DNA from: an uncultured Polynucleobacter sp.
Lineage (GTDB): Bacteria; Pseudomonadota; Gammaproteobacteria; Burkholderiales; Burkholderiaceae
Assembly: GCA_964473225.1 (NCBI GenBank)
Contig: CAYYOB010000001.1
Location: 13,637-56,187 of the forward strand
Length of the DNA: 42,551 nucleotides
Reading direction: 5' to 3'
Below the pieces are notes generated by a model. That model saw only the letters and a list, made by a program, of their open reading frames with translations, made no database searches and was not told the origin of the DNA. Each line of letters starts with the position of its first letter. Within the stretch, counting starts at the first letter, position 1. The translations under genes and the position numbers were made by a program. Positions 8,454 to 19,297 of the stretch are shown here, one piece after another.

Positions 8454-9331
8454 CTCAAGCTAATTTAGCGCCAATGAAAAAATGGCAACAGTACTGGGCT
8501 TTGACCAAGCCCAGAGTGACACAGCTCGCTGTTTTTTGCGCCATCATCGGTATGTTTTTAGCAACCCCTGGAATGGTCCCTTGGTCTGTATTGATCGGCG
8601 GTTCTATTGGTATTTGGTTATTAGCTGGCGCAGCCTTTGCCGTGAATTGTTTGGTTGAGCAAAAGCTGGATGCCAAGATGAGAAGAACTGCCTGGCGACC
8701 TTCCGCCACTGGTGAGCTTGGTCAAAAGCAAATCATTGTGTTTGCATTGGTGATCGGTATAGCAGGCATGGTGTTGTTGTGGAACTTTGCCAATCCATTG
8801 ACCATGTGGGCAACACTCATCACTTTTGTTGGTTATGCAATTATTTACACTTTGTTGCTCAAGCCTGCAACGCCACAGAATATTGTGATTGGTGGGTTGT
8901 CTGGGGCTATGCCGCCAGCTTTAGGATGGGCGGCTGTGGCCAATGATTTACCTGCTGAAGCTTGGTTATTGGTCTTGATCATCTTTACTTGGACGCCACC
9001 GCATTTCTGGGCCTTGGCTTTGTACCGTCGTGAAGATTACAAGCAATCTGGCTTACCAATGTTGCCAGTCACGCATGGTGAAAGATTCACGCTGTTACAC
9101 ATCTTGCTCTACACCTTGGTTTTAATTGCGGCCACGATCTTGCCATTTATTTATAAGATGAGTGGTTATTTTTATTTGGCATCTGCTTTGGTGCTGGGCG
9201 GTATGTTCTTGGCTTATGCCATTGCACTTTACAGAAATTATTCAGATGACCTTGCTAAACGAACGTTTAGATTTTCAATCATTTATCTTTCATTATTATT
9301 TGCAGCTCTTTTGATAGACCACTACCTATGA
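8450..9331 (+). CDS. cyoE: Protoheme IX farnesyltransferase (heme O synthase)
   Basis: [37 protein letters not shown]. Confidence 0.96.
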   Translation: MTQANLAPMKKWQQYWALTKPRVTQLAVFCAIIGMFLATPGMVPWSVLIGGSIGIWLLAGAAFAVNCLVEQKLDAKMRRTAWRPSATGELGQKQIIVFALVIGIAGMVLLWNFANPLTMWATLITFVGYAIIYTLLLKPATPQNIVIGGLSGAMPPALGWAAVANDLPAEAWLLVLIIFTWTPPHFWALALYRREDYKQSGLPMLPVTHGERFTLLHILLYTLVLIAATILPFIYKMSGYFYLASALVLGGMFLAYAIALYRNYSDDLAKRTFRFSIIYLSLLFAALLIDHYL

Positions 9332-9936
9332 CATTTCAAATACTTAACCAGCGTTTTTTTACACGCGCTTTATTGGCTCTCTTGACTGTCTTTGGCGTCA
9401 TGGCCTGCTCTAATCAAAACATCAAATTTAACAATGTCGACATCACAGGTAGCAAGGCATTTGGTACAAATTTTTCTTTGACTGACCATAACGGCAAAAG
9501 AAGAGAGTTATCAGAGTTCAAAGGTCAGTTGGTGGTGATGTTCTATGGTTACACACAGTGCCCAGATGTATGCCCAACAACCATGACTGAAATGCAAGGT
9601 GTGATGGAGTTGTTAGGCAAGGATGCTAGTCGTGTTCAGGTGATGTTTGTCACGGTTGATCCAGAGCGTGATACCCAGGAACTTTTATCTCAGTATGTGC
9701 CATCTTTTGATAAGCGCTTTTTGGGCTTAAGACCGCAATCAAAAGAAGAGTTAGAAAAAGTCACCAAGGATTTCAAAGTCTTTTATAGCAAGGTGCCAGG
9801 CAAGAGCCCTACAAGCTACACCATCGATCACACAGCGGGTAGTTATGTGTTTGACACAAAGGGTCAGCTAAGATTATTTTTGAAGCATCAGCAGGGACCT
9901 AAGCCCATTGCAGAAGATTTGAAAAAGTTACTTTGA
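9328..9936 (+). CDS. SCO1/SenC copper chaperone, probable lipoprotein
   Basis: [24 protein letters not shown]; lipobox-like VMAC. Confidence 0.95.
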   Translation: MTFQILNQRFFTRALLALLTVFGVMACSNQNIKFNNVDITGSKAFGTNFSLTDHNGKRRELSEFKGQLVVMFYGYTQCPDVCPTTMTEMQGVMELLGKDASRVQVMFVTVDPERDTQELLSQYVPSFDKRFLGLRPQSKEELEKVTKDFKVFYSKVPGKSPTSYTIDHTAGSYVFDTKGQLRLFLKHQQGPKPIAEDLKKLL

Positions 9937-9973
9937 ATTATTTTTGAATGAGGCGGTTGAGTTAAAAATGAAG

Positions 9974-10834
9974 TTAAGCAGTTAATGCTAACTTCATTTT
10001 TTTTAACGCAGCCGCTTCAATTTGACGCACGCGTTCTGCGGAAATGTTGAATTCTGCTGCAAGATCATGCAAGGTACTGCCACCTGTGCCATCGTCTGTT
10101 ACATCTAACCAGCGCGATGCCACAATCTTGCGACTGCGCTCATCTAGGCTTGCCAAGGCCTTTTCAATACCAGGGCCCTGTATTTGACGCGTTTCTTCAC
10201 GAGCCAATACTTCACTTGGCTCGTAACGAGTATCTGATAACCAATTGATCGGAGCATAAGCGTCATCATCTGATGAGTCTGCCTCAATGGCCACATCGCC
10301 ACCGCTCAATCTTTTTTCCATTTCTCTCACATCTTCCTGGCGAACATCCAATGCCTTAGCAAGATGATCAATTTCAGAAGGAGAGAGTGAGTTCAGGGTC
10401 GGTTTGTTGCTGCGCAAATTAAAGAATAATTTGCGGTGAGCTTTGGTTGTAGCAATTTTCACCATTCTCCAGTTGCGAAGAATGTATTCATGAATTTCTG
10501 CTTTGATCCAGTGAATTGAATAAGTCACTAAGCGAGTGCCTTGTTCAGGATCATAGCGTTTCACTGCTTTCATTAGACCGATATTGCCCTCTTGAATCAA
10601 GTCCGCATGAGGGATGCCATAGCCAAGGTATTGGCGAGCAATAGATACCACCAAACGAAGGTGTGACATCACCAAAGTTTTGGCTGCGTCCAAGTTTTCA
10701 TGATCCCTGTATTCGCGAGCAAGGCGAATCTCATCTGCTGCGCTGAGCATGGGCAGACGGTTAACGCTTGAAATGTAGGCATCAATAGTGCCGACACTCA
10801 ATTGCATAGGAATCATGGTGTTCATATTTGTCAT
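9974..10834 (-). CDS. rpoH: RNA polymerase sigma-32 factor
   Basis: DLIQEGNIGLMKAV, RpoH box (H)RKLFFNLR, SAERVRQIE. Confidence 0.96.
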   Translation of the reverse strand: MTNMNTMIPMQLSVGTIDAYISSVNRLPMLSAADEIRLAREYRDHENLDAAKTLVMSHLRLVVSIARQYLGYGIPHADLIQEGNIGLMKAVKRYDPEQGTRLVTYSIHWIKAEIHEYILRNWRMVKIATTKAHRKLFFNLRSNKPTLNSLSPSEIDHLAKALDVRQEDVREMEKRLSGGDVAIEADSSDDDAYAPINWLSDTRYEPSEVLAREETRQIQGPGIEKALASLDERSRKIVASRWLDVTDDGTGGSTLHDLAAEFNISAERVRQIEAAALKKMKLALTA

Positions 10835-10843
10835 ACCTCTATA

Positions 10844-10870
10844 TTAGCACTCTTGATATCAGAGTGCTAA
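10844..10870. promoter_or_regulatory. CIRCE operator (HrcA site) upstream of rpoH
   Basis: TTAGCACTC-TTGATATCA-GAGTGCTAA, an exact match to TTAGCACTC-N9-GAGTGCTAA, 9 nt from the rpoH ATG. Confidence 0.97.
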
Positions 10871-10905
10871 TGTATGTATAACCATATGATTTATATAGGA
10901 ATAAA

Positions 10906-11799
10906 TTATTTTGGAATCAAGGATTTAGCAAATTCTGAGGCTTTAAATGGCCTTAAATCAGACAATTGTTCGCCAAGTCCAATGGCCAGAACGCTTGGTG
11001 GGTTTTCTGATAACTCTGAGGCAATCGCACACAAAATACCGCCTTTAGCAGTTCCATCAAGCTTGGTAACAATGATAGCCGTTAAATTGAGGGCCTCATG
11101 AAAGGCCTTCACTTGAGCCATGCCATTTTGACCTGTATTGCCATCAATCACCAAAATGGTCTCGTGTGGGGCTGATTCTTGTGCCTTGCCGATCACTCGT
11201 TTGACTTTCTTGAGCTCATCCATCAAGTGGGCTTGAGTGGAGAGTCTACCGGCGGTATCAATGATCACAATGTCTTGCTGACGTGATTGACCAGCTTTGA
11301 CTGCATCGTGGGCGACTGCAGCAGAATCACCGCTTTCTTGGGCGATGACTGCCACTTGATTGCGTTCACCCCAAGCAATCAATTGTTCTCTGGCCGCAGC
11401 CCTGAAGGTGTCGCCTGCGCCTAGTAGGACCTTGTGCCCAGATTGTTGAAAATGATGACAAATTTTGCCAATACTGGTTGTTTTACCAGCCCCATTGACC
11501 CCTACGATCAGCCATACAGTTGGTTGACCGGAAGTGCTTGGTAATAAATCCAGTGGATTTTGGGGTCTTTCAAGTTTGCTTAAGAGATTTTCTACCAATG
11601 TGGCTAGAATGATCTTGAGATCATCAGCAGATTCAGCTTTTTGATTTTTTGCTTCTCGGCGAAGTTGACTGATCAGGGTTTGAGTGGCACTCATGCCAAC
11701 ATCTCCCAATAGAAGTGTCTCTTCTAGGGATTCGTACCATTGTTCATCAACTTTTTGAAGATTAAATAGGTTTGATAAGGTTTTACGTAATCCGAACAT
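10906..11799 (-). CDS. ftsY: SRP receptor FtsY (NG domains only)
   Basis: GVNGAGKTT, DTFRAAA, DTAGR, TKLDGTAKGG. Confidence 0.97.
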   Translation of the reverse strand: MFGLRKTLSNLFNLQKVDEQWYESLEETLLLGDVGMSATQTLISQLRREAKNQKAESADDLKIILATLVENLLSKLERPQNPLDLLPSTSGQPTVWLIVGVNGAGKTTSIGKICHHFQQSGHKVLLGAGDTFRAAAREQLIAWGERNQVAVIAQESGDSAAVAHDAVKAGQSRQQDIVIIDTAGRLSTQAHLMDELKKVKRVIGKAQESAPHETILVIDGNTGQNGMAQVKAFHEALNLTAIIVTKLDGTAKGGILCAIASELSENPPSVLAIGLGEQLSDLRPFKASEFAKSLIPK

Positions 11800-11820
11800 G
11801 ACCGATACAATTGATTAATT

Positions 11821-13227
11821 ATGAGCATATTAACAACCCTTGCAGTTAGAGCGTTAACTTTTTTTGGTGCCGCCATTATTTCCTTTGGTGGGCATGCACA
11901 AAATGTCTCCCCGAAAGCTCTCAACACTCACGAGTTTTTGCTATCCAATGGCATGAAGGTGATTGTGCGAGAAGATCATCGTGCTCCAACCGTGGCTCAC
12001 ATGGTTTGGTATCGTGCAGGATCTATGGATGAGGTCAATGGCAAAACAGGCGTGGCTCATGTGCTAGAGCACATGATGTTTAAGGGCACCAAACATTTAA
12101 AGCCGGGCGAGTTTTCTAAAAAAGTAGCAGCCGTTGGTGGCCGTGACAATGCGTTCACGAGCAAAGACTATACCGCCTATTTTCAGCAAATTGAAAAAAG
12201 TCATTTGCCAGCCATGATGGCATTGGAAGCTGATCGCATGCAGAACCTGCGAATTGATAAAGAAGAATTTGCAAAAGAAATTCAAGTGGTGATGGAAGAG
12301 CGACGCTTGAGAACAGATGATCAGTCACGGGCCATTGTTTATGAGCAATTGATGGCAGCAGCATTTACCAATAGTTCATATCGCCACCCGATCATTGGTT
12401 GGATGGATGATTTGAAAAACATGACTTATGAGGACGCTCTTGAGTGGTATCAGGATTGGTATGCCCCAAACAATGCTGTCTTGGTGGTGAGTGGCGATGT
12501 GATGCCGGAGGATGTCAAAGCGTTAGCAGAAAAATACTATGGACCCATTCCGGCGAAAAAAATCAAAGAAAGAAAGCCTCAGCTTGAAGTTCCTCAAATT
12601 GGAATCAAGAGAATTGTTGTGAAGGCACCGGCAGAAAATCCAGAAATTACTTTTGCTTGGAAAGTGCCAAAGATTGAACCAAGTGATTTGAATGCCATGG
12701 ATCCTTATGCTTTAGGTGTGCTGTCTGCAATATTGGATGGTCATGCTAACTCACGATTAAATCGACAAATGGTAAGAGATCAACGTTTGGCTGACAGCGT
12801 GGAAGCTTCATACGGCATGTCCGGAAGGGGGCCGCAATTGTTTTCGATTTCAGCGAGTCCTGCTAAAGGAAAAAGCCTGACTGTCATCGAAGAAAATATC
12901 AGAAAAATATTGCTTGATATTAAAACCAAGGGTGTGAGTGATACTGAGTTAAATCGAGTCAAATCTCAGTTGGTCTCATCACAGATTTACAAGAGAGATT
13001 CAATCTTTGCGCAGGCCATGGAAATTGCAATGGCCGAGATGAACGGTATTTCATGGAAGTATTTGGACGACATGGTGCTAAATGTTCAAAAAGTTCAATC
13101 AAAAGATATTCAACGGGTGGTTGAGAAATATTTCATCGATGATTCATTGACTGTGGCCACTTTAGATCCACAAGCGAGTCAGAAGAAAGATCGACCACAA
13201 ACCATGCCTTCAGGAATGAGGCACTAA
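11821..13227 (+). CDS. M16B zinc peptidase, catalytic subunit, exported
   Basis: Signal peptide; inverted zinc motif HVLEH; NAFTS.DYT.Y; EERR. Confidence 0.93.
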   Translation: MSILTTLAVRALTFFGAAIISFGGHAQNVSPKALNTHEFLLSNGMKVIVREDHRAPTVAHMVWYRAGSMDEVNGKTGVAHVLEHMMFKGTKHLKPGEFSKKVAAVGGRDNAFTSKDYTAYFQQIEKSHLPAMMALEADRMQNLRIDKEEFAKEIQVVMEERRLRTDDQSRAIVYEQLMAAAFTNSSYRHPIIGWMDDLKNMTYEDALEWYQDWYAPNNAVLVVSGDVMPEDVKALAEKYYGPIPAKKIKERKPQLEVPQIGIKRIVVKAPAENPEITFAWKVPKIEPSDLNAMDPYALGVLSAILDGHANSRLNRQMVRDQRLADSVEASYGMSGRGPQLFSISASPAKGKSLTVIEENIRKILLDIKTKGVSDTELNRVKSQLVSSQIYKRDSIFAQAMEIAMAEMNGISWKYLDDMVLNVQKVQSKDIQRVVEKYFIDDSLTVATLDPQASQKKDRPQTMPSGMRH

Positions 13228-13228
13228 G

Positions 13229-14548
13229 ATGAAAAAATTACTCGTAACCATTGTTTTAGGTTTTGCCACGACGCTGGCTCAAGCAAATGCGGTCATCAAT
13301 CATTGGGTGCATAGCAGTGGCGCCTTGGTTTATTTGGTTGAAGCCAGAACCATACCGATGATTGATTTACAAATTGATTGGCATGCTGGGTCGGTCAATG
13401 ACCCTAAAGAAAAATTAGGTTTGGCGGCTATGACAGCAAGCCTGATAGATAAGGGCTCTATGGTTAATGGGCGCCTGATGTCTGAGGCGTCTGTATCTGA
13501 TCGTTTGGCTGATCTTGGGGCAGGTTTGAGTTTCAGCGCCAGTGACGAACGAGCCAGTATGCGTTTACGTACCTTGAGTGATGAAAAGAAAAAACTGGCC
13601 GCAATTGATTTGGCAAGTTCTGTTCTGAAAGCGCCAGTGTTCGATCCTAAAATTCTCAAGAGAGAACAAGAGCGAACAGTGTCAGCCATTAAAGAAGCTG
13701 ACTTGAAGCCTGAGACGAAGTTATCAAAAGAATTTGATCGTCAAATTTATGGGCAGCATCCTTTTGCTAATTCGCCAACCATCAAAACAATCCAAGCAAT
13801 TAAATCTGAGGACCTCAAGCGTTTTTATGCCTCAAGGTATGCTGCAAAAGGAAGCAAGATCACCGTTGTGGGTGATATTGGACGAGCTGAATTAGATCAA
13901 CTGCTTGATCGATTGATGGCATCCATACCCAAAGAGATGAAGGAGCAGCAACAAGTTCCTGATGTTGTGAGATTTGATAAAAATAAAGAATCAAATCTAG
14001 TTATCAAAATTCCACATGAGGCACAGCAAGCCCATATCTCAATGGGCATGCCTGCTATAGCGAGGAAGGATCCAGATTACTTCCCAATGTTGGTGGGTAA
14101 TTACATTTTGGGTGGCGGCGGATTTGTTTCTCGTCTTGTCAAAGAGGTTCGTGAAAAAAGAGGTTTGGCTTATAGCGTCTACAGCTATGTGGCGCCAGGA
14201 AGACAGATTGGACCCTATGTGGCTGGCATGCAAACTCAAAAAGCCCAAGCTGATTTAGCGGTGGATGTGATGAAAAAAACCATTGGTGATTTCATCGCCA
14301 ATGGACCAACAGATGAAGAGCTTCAAGCTGCTAAAAATAATCTCGTGAATGGTTTCCCTCTGAGAATTGATAGCAATCGAAAAATTATGGATAACGTTTC
14401 AAGTATTGCTTGGAATGATTTGCCTTTAGATACTCTTGATCAATGGACCAATCAACTGCGTCAAGTGACTAAAGAGCAGGTGGTTGCAGCGTTTAAAAAG
14501 AATTTGGATGTGAATCAGATGGTGACTGTGGTGGTTGGGGCTCCATGA
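13229..14548 (+). CDS. M16B peptidase, non-catalytic partner subunit
   Basis: Signal peptide; no HxxEH; ILGGGGFVSRL..EVREKRGLAY motif. Confidence 0.9.
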   Translation: MKKLLVTIVLGFATTLAQANAVINHWVHSSGALVYLVEARTIPMIDLQIDWHAGSVNDPKEKLGLAAMTASLIDKGSMVNGRLMSEASVSDRLADLGAGLSFSASDERASMRLRTLSDEKKKLAAIDLASSVLKAPVFDPKILKREQERTVSAIKEADLKPETKLSKEFDRQIYGQHPFANSPTIKTIQAIKSEDLKRFYASRYAAKGSKITVVGDIGRAELDQLLDRLMASIPKEMKEQQQVPDVVRFDKNKESNLVIKIPHEAQQAHISMGMPAIARKDPDYFPMLVGNYILGGGGFVSRLVKEVREKRGLAYSVYSYVAPGRQIGPYVAGMQTQKAQADLAVDVMKKTIGDFIANGPTDEELQAAKNNLVNGFPLRIDSNRKIMDNVSSIAWNDLPLDTLDQWTNQLRQVTKEQVVAAFKKNLDVNQMVTVVVGAP

Positions 14549-15144
14549 CGCCTGGCAAGGTCAGAATCATTGGCGGTGCTTGGAGAGGAAGATCCATCAA
14601 GGTAATTGACTCACCAGGATTGAGGCCAACAGCAGACAGAACCAGGGAAACCTTATTCAACTGTTTGGGTCAGCGCGTCGATGATTTAATTTGTTTTGAT
14701 ATGTTTGCAGGAACAGGCGCATTAGGTTTTGAGGCACTGTCTCGGGGCGCTCAAAAGGTCACGATGATTGATGCTTCCAAACAAACGTATGACGCATTAA
14801 AAGAAAACTATCTAAATTTAAGCAAAGATGGATCTTTAGGGATGGCAGAATTCATCAAGGGCAATGCGATATTAAGTGCCTCAAAATTGGCAAATAATTC
14901 AATTGATATTTGCTTCATTGATCCTCCATTTTCAGAGCAAGGATTATTTTTAGATGCCCTTAAGCAAGCGGTCAGGATAACCAATAAAAATAGTGGATCT
15001 GCCATTTATATCGAACACCCTAAAGAAATCGATCCTGAGAAATTATTGAAAGAAATTGCAGAATATGGTGATTTTTGGGAAATTCGTCGTACCATACGTT
15101 CCGGGGTAGCAATTGGTACTTTGATGGCACCTAAAATAATATAA
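14545..15144 (+). CDS. rsmD: 16S rRNA m2G966 methyltransferase
   Basis: VRIIGGAWRGR, LRPT.DR.RETLFN, DMFAGTGALGFEALSRGA, DPPF. Confidence 0.95.
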   Translation: MTPGKVRIIGGAWRGRSIKVIDSPGLRPTADRTRETLFNCLGQRVDDLICFDMFAGTGALGFEALSRGAQKVTMIDASKQTYDALKENYLNLSKDGSLGMAEFIKGNAILSASKLANNSIDICFIDPPFSEQGLFLDALKQAVRITNKNSGSAIYIEHPKEIDPEKLLKEIAEYGDFWEIRRTIRSGVAIGTLMAPKII

Positions 15145-15642
<498 letters not shown>

Positions 15643-15655
15643 TGACATTATTTAG

Positions 15656-15919
<264 letters not shown>

Positions 15920-16510
15920 TCAAGTATTGCTGTGCAGCTCCATGGTGGCTGCATTCATGTCATTCTTTGCAATCAGTGGCATCACTTTTAAAAAACAAGA
16001 CATCGCTCGATCAATATCGATTTGTTCTTCAAGGCGTGGTTTTTTAAGAACGTAATCAGCCACATCTAAATTTCTTTTACCTTCTTCAGAGTCTCGTGGA
16101 TGACCAATGCCAAGTCTTAGGCGCCAGTAGTCATTGGTATTCATGTGTGCGCTGATGTCTTTTAAACCATTGTGCCCACCCAAGCCGCCAGCCCATTTGA
16201 GGCGCGCAACGCCAGGCTTTAAGTCAAGTTCATCGTGAACGATCAGCATCGAGTCTGGATTGATTTTATGAAAGCGACATAAGGCCGCAACTGCCTGTCC
16301 GCTACGATTCATAAAGGTTGAAGGCTTTAGGAGGTAAGTATCCTCTGATCCCAATTTAACTTTAGAGATTTGCCCGAAAAATTTTGGATCATCTTGCCAA
16401 TTGCCTTGGTGAAGGCGAGCGATTTCATCTAGCAACCAAAAGCCGGCGTTGTGCCGATCTTTTTCGTGCTTAGTGCCAGGGTTGCCAAGGCCAACGATTA
16501 ATTTGAACAT
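15920..16510 (-). CDS. pth: Peptidyl-tRNA hydrolase
   Basis: LIVGLGNPG, RHNAGF, HDELD, GGHNGLK. Confidence 0.97.
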   Translation of the reverse strand: MFKLIVGLGNPGTKHEKDRHNAGFWLLDEIARLHQGNWQDDPKFFGQISKVKLGSEDTYLLKPSTFMNRSGQAVAALCRFHKINPDSMLIVHDELDLKPGVARLKWAGGLGGHNGLKDISAHMNTNDYWRLRLGIGHPRDSEEGKRNLDVADYVLKKPRLEEQIDIDRAMSCFLKVMPLIAKNDMNAATMELHSNT

Positions 16511-16538
16511 ACCGCTACTTTAGTCTATTTTTGAGGCG

Positions 16539-16566
16539 AAAAAAAACCCGCGCAATGCGGGTTTTT
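16539..16566 (-). terminator. Intrinsic terminator downstream of rplY
   Basis: AAAAACCCGC-GCAAT-GCGGGTTTTT hairpin with an 8-T tract on the minus strand. Confidence 0.85.
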
Positions 16567-16582
16567 CATCAGGTTGAAAAAA

Positions 16583-17230
16583 TTACTTCTTTTCTTCCTT
16601 TGGTTCTTTAGCAGTCGTTGCAACAGGTGCTGCTGGAGCAACTGGAGCTTCAGTTGTTTCAACCTTAACGGTTGGAACACGAGCATTTGCTACCACTGGG
16701 TTTTCAACTTCTAAGTGAGGCACAAGTGAAAGACCTTTTGGCAAAGCAACGTCTTTAACGTGAATTGAGTGACCAACTTCGATGCTGCCCAAATCAACTT
16801 GAATGAATTCTGGCAAGTCTGCAGGTAAGCAAACTACTTCGATTTCAGTTGCAATGTGGCTGATCAAAGCGCCGCCTAATTTAACGGCAGGTGCAGTATC
16901 AGCGTTCACAAAGTGCAAAGGCACTTTAACGTGAATCTTCTTGTTGACGTCAACACGCTGGAAGTCGATGTGCAAAACCAACGGCTTGAAAGGGTGCATT
17001 TGATAGTTACGCAAAAGAGCTTTTTGAGTCTTTCCGGCAACTTCAATGTCTAAAATTGATGAGTGAAATGCTTCTTTACGCAAAGCGTGAAATAGTGCAT
17101 TGTGATCTAGCTCTACAGCTTGAGGGGCTTCAGTACCACCATAAATAATGCCGGGTGTTTTTCCAGCATTGCGCAGGCGGCGGCTCGCACCCGTTCCCTG
17201 TACGCTACGTTCGTAAGCGACAACTTTCAT
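16583..17230 (-). CDS. rplY: 50S ribosomal protein bL25/Ctc (long form)
   Basis: [30 protein letters not shown]-terminal TL5 domain. Confidence 0.97.
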   Translation of the reverse strand: MKVVAYERSVQGTGASRRLRNAGKTPGIIYGGTEAPQAVELDHNALFHALRKEAFHSSILDIEVAGKTQKALLRNYQMHPFKPLVLHIDFQRVDVNKKIHVKVPLHFVNADTAPAVKLGGALISHIATEIEVVCLPADLPEFIQVDLGSIEVGHSIHVKDVALPKGLSLVPHLEVENPVVANARVPTVKVETTEAPVAPAAPVATTAKEPKEEKK

Positions 17231-17257
17231 AAGAACTCCAAATAATTAAAAAATAAA

Positions 17258-17289
17258 GGCTTTCCTGTTCGCGACCAAACAGGAAAGCC
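17258..17289 (-). promoter_or_regulatory. rplY 5' leader hairpin (candidate bL25 autoregulatory leader)
   Basis: 12-bp stem GGCTTTCCTGTT/AACAGGAAAGCC, loop TGGTCGCG, then an AU-rich tract and SD; TAGAAT -10 at 17299-17294. Confidence 0.6.
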
Positions 17290-17330
17290 CTCTATTCTAT
17301 CGTAAAAAGCTTGATTCTTAGGGGAATATA

Positions 17331-18287
17331 TTAAGAATCAGCAAATAGTGACATCACAGAATCACCGGTGCTGATGCGAGAAAGTGTCTCGGCTAGCAAT
17401 GGTGCTGTGGATAAAACTCTGATTTTATTGAGTTTTTTAGCTTCATCATTCAGCGGAATGGTGTCAGTGACTACCACTTCATCCAAGGCAGATTCAGCGA
17501 TACGACCAACAGCGCCGCCTGATAGAACTGGGTGGGTACAGTAGGCCACCACACTCTTAGCGCCACGCTCTTTAAGAACCTGGGCTGCTTTGCAAAGCGT
17601 GCCGCCTGTATCAATCATGTCGTCCATGATCACGCAATGACGGCCTTCAACTTCACCAATCACATGCATCACTTCAGAAACGTTGGCTTTTGGACGACGT
17701 TTGTCGATGATGGCTAAGTCACATCCCAACTGTTTAGCAAGAGCTCGCGCTCTAACAACACCACCAACGTCTGGAGACACTACCAATAAATCTGGGCTCT
17801 TTTTGGTCTGAAGATCAGTCAAAAGGATCGGTGAGGCGTAAATGTTATCTACTGGGATATCGAAAAATCCCTGAATTTGGTCAGCATGCAAGTCCATGGT
17901 CAAGACGCGGTCAACGCCGGCAACTTGCTGGAGCATATTGGCTACTAGGCGTGCAGAGATCGCAACACGGGCAGATCTAGGTCTTCTGTCTTGACGTGCA
18001 TAACCGAAGTAAGGGATCACTGCGGTAATCCTACCTGCAGAGGCTCGCTTCAATGCATCAACCATGATCATGAGTTCCATTAGGTTGTCATTGGCTGGTG
18101 CGCAAGTTGATTGAAGAACCACCACATGTTTGCCACGGACGTTTTCTTGAATTTCTACTTGAATCTCACCGTCTGAAAAGCGGCCAACTGCAGCTTTTCC
18201 AAGTGGAACGTTTAGGTGATCGGTCACGGCCTTCGCCAAAGCAGGATTGGCATTGCCAGTGAAAACCATCATGGTTTCATGTTGCAT
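17331..18287 (-). CDS. prs: Ribose-phosphate pyrophosphokinase
   Basis: [35 protein letters not shown]; alternative start at 18302. Confidence 0.98.
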   Translation of the reverse strand: MQHETMMVFTGNANPALAKAVTDHLNVPLGKAAVGRFSDGEIQVEIQENVRGKHVVVLQSTCAPANDNLMELMIMVDALKRASAGRITAVIPYFGYARQDRRPRSARVAISARLVANMLQQVAGVDRVLTMDLHADQIQGFFDIPVDNIYASPILLTDLQTKKSPDLLVVSPDVGGVVRARALAKQLGCDLAIIDKRRPKANVSEVMHVIGEVEGRHCVIMDDMIDTGGTLCKAAQVLKERGAKSVVAYCTHPVLSGGAVGRIAESALDEVVVTDTIPLNDEAKKLNKIRVLSTAPLLAETLSRISTGDSVMSLFADS

Positions 18288-18346
18288 AGGTTCTTTTGTC
18301 ATATTTGGTGTTTTATGAATGAGTAGTTAGATTATGCGACAAGTTT

Positions 18347-18423
18347 TGGCAGGGGAAGAAGGATTCGAACCTTCGCATGCCGGAATCAAAATCCGGTGCC
18401 TTAACCAACTTGGCGACTCCCCT
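18347..18423 (-). tRNA. tRNA-Gln (anticodon TTG), CCA encoded
   Basis: AGGGGAGTCGCCAAGTTGGTTAAGGCACCGGAT-TTTGATTCCGG...GGTTCGAATCC...CCCCTGCCA, 77 nt; classic ispE-tRNAGln-prs position. Confidence 0.97.
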
Positions 18424-18436
18424 CTCGCATCTACTC

Positions 18437-19297
18437 CTATGAACTTGGATTGTATGACGGATGCCTTGAAAGGCCCCGCACCACAAAACCGATCCATTGA
18501 TGAGGCAGTTGACTCAGTAAATGATTGGCTAAATCAGTTTCTAGGGCAACAAACACGCTGCTACCTGATCCTGACATCCTTGGGCTCGATTGCGGAGCCT
18601 GTTGGCGAATCCAGTCTAATACTGCTGCAACTTCCTGATACTTTTGAATCACAATCTCTTCGCAATCGTTCTTGCCAAATTGTTCAAGATTGGGTGAATC
18701 AATAAAGTCTGAGATTGTAACGGTTGGGTGATTTCTCGTCAAATTTCGGTCTTTAAAGACATCCACGGTTGGAATATGTACTTTTGGATAAACCAATAAA
18801 AAACAGGACTCTGGAAGGTTTACGGCTTGAAGAATCTCACCTATACCCTCTGCAAAAGCATTCTGGCCAAATAGGAAAAACGGTACGTCAGCACCCAGTT
18901 TGACCCCTAAATCCATCAATTCCTGACGGCTTAACTGAAGACCCCATAACTCGTTCAGACCCCAAAGAGTGGCGGCCGCATCGGATGATCCCCCGCCAAG
19001 GCCGGCTCCCATTGGGATGCGCTTTTCAACTTGAATATTGCAACCTTGTTTGGTTTGGCTGTATTCCTGAAGTAATTTTGCTGCTCGAACAACGAGGTCA
19101 TCTTCGGCGGGAATGTTGCTGGCCCCTGCAGTGCGTTGTACGCGCCCATCGGGAGAGATGGTCAGAGAAATATCATCGTGAAGATCTATCAACTGGAAAA
19201 CAGTTTGCAGCAAGTGATAACCATCTTCTCTTTGTCCAACAATATGAAGAAAGCGGTTTATTTTTGCCGGGGCCTTAATGTGTAATGCTTTAGTCAT
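18437..19297 (-). CDS. ispE: 4-diphosphocytidyl-2-C-methyl-D-erythritol kinase
   Basis: APAKIN, GYHLLQT, PMGAGLGGGSSDAA, GADVPFF, MSGSGS. Confidence 0.97.
   Translation of the reverse strand: MTKALHIKAPAKINRFLHIVGQREDGYHLLQTVFQLIDLHDDISLTISPDGRVQRTAGASNIPAEDDLVVRAAKLLQEYSQTKQGCNIQVEKRIPMGAGLGGGSSDAAATLWGLNELWGLQLSRQELMDLGVKLGADVPFFLFGQNAFAEGIGEILQAVNLPESCFLLVYPKVHIPTVDVFKDRNLTRNHPTVTISDFIDSPNLEQFGKNDCEEIVIQKYQEVAAVLDWIRQQAPQSSPRMSGSGSSVFVALETDLANHLLSQLPHQWIGFVVRGLSRHPSYNPSS

Noticed and set aside
18303-18346. Possible integrative element at the tRNA-Gln 3' end
   Set aside because: prs follows immediately; no integrase and no duplicated tRNA 3' end, so the site is empty
18334-18705. 123-aa plus-strand ORF
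   Set aside because: Antisense to tRNA-Gln and ispE; the GEEGFEPS peptide is a typical tRNA shadow translation
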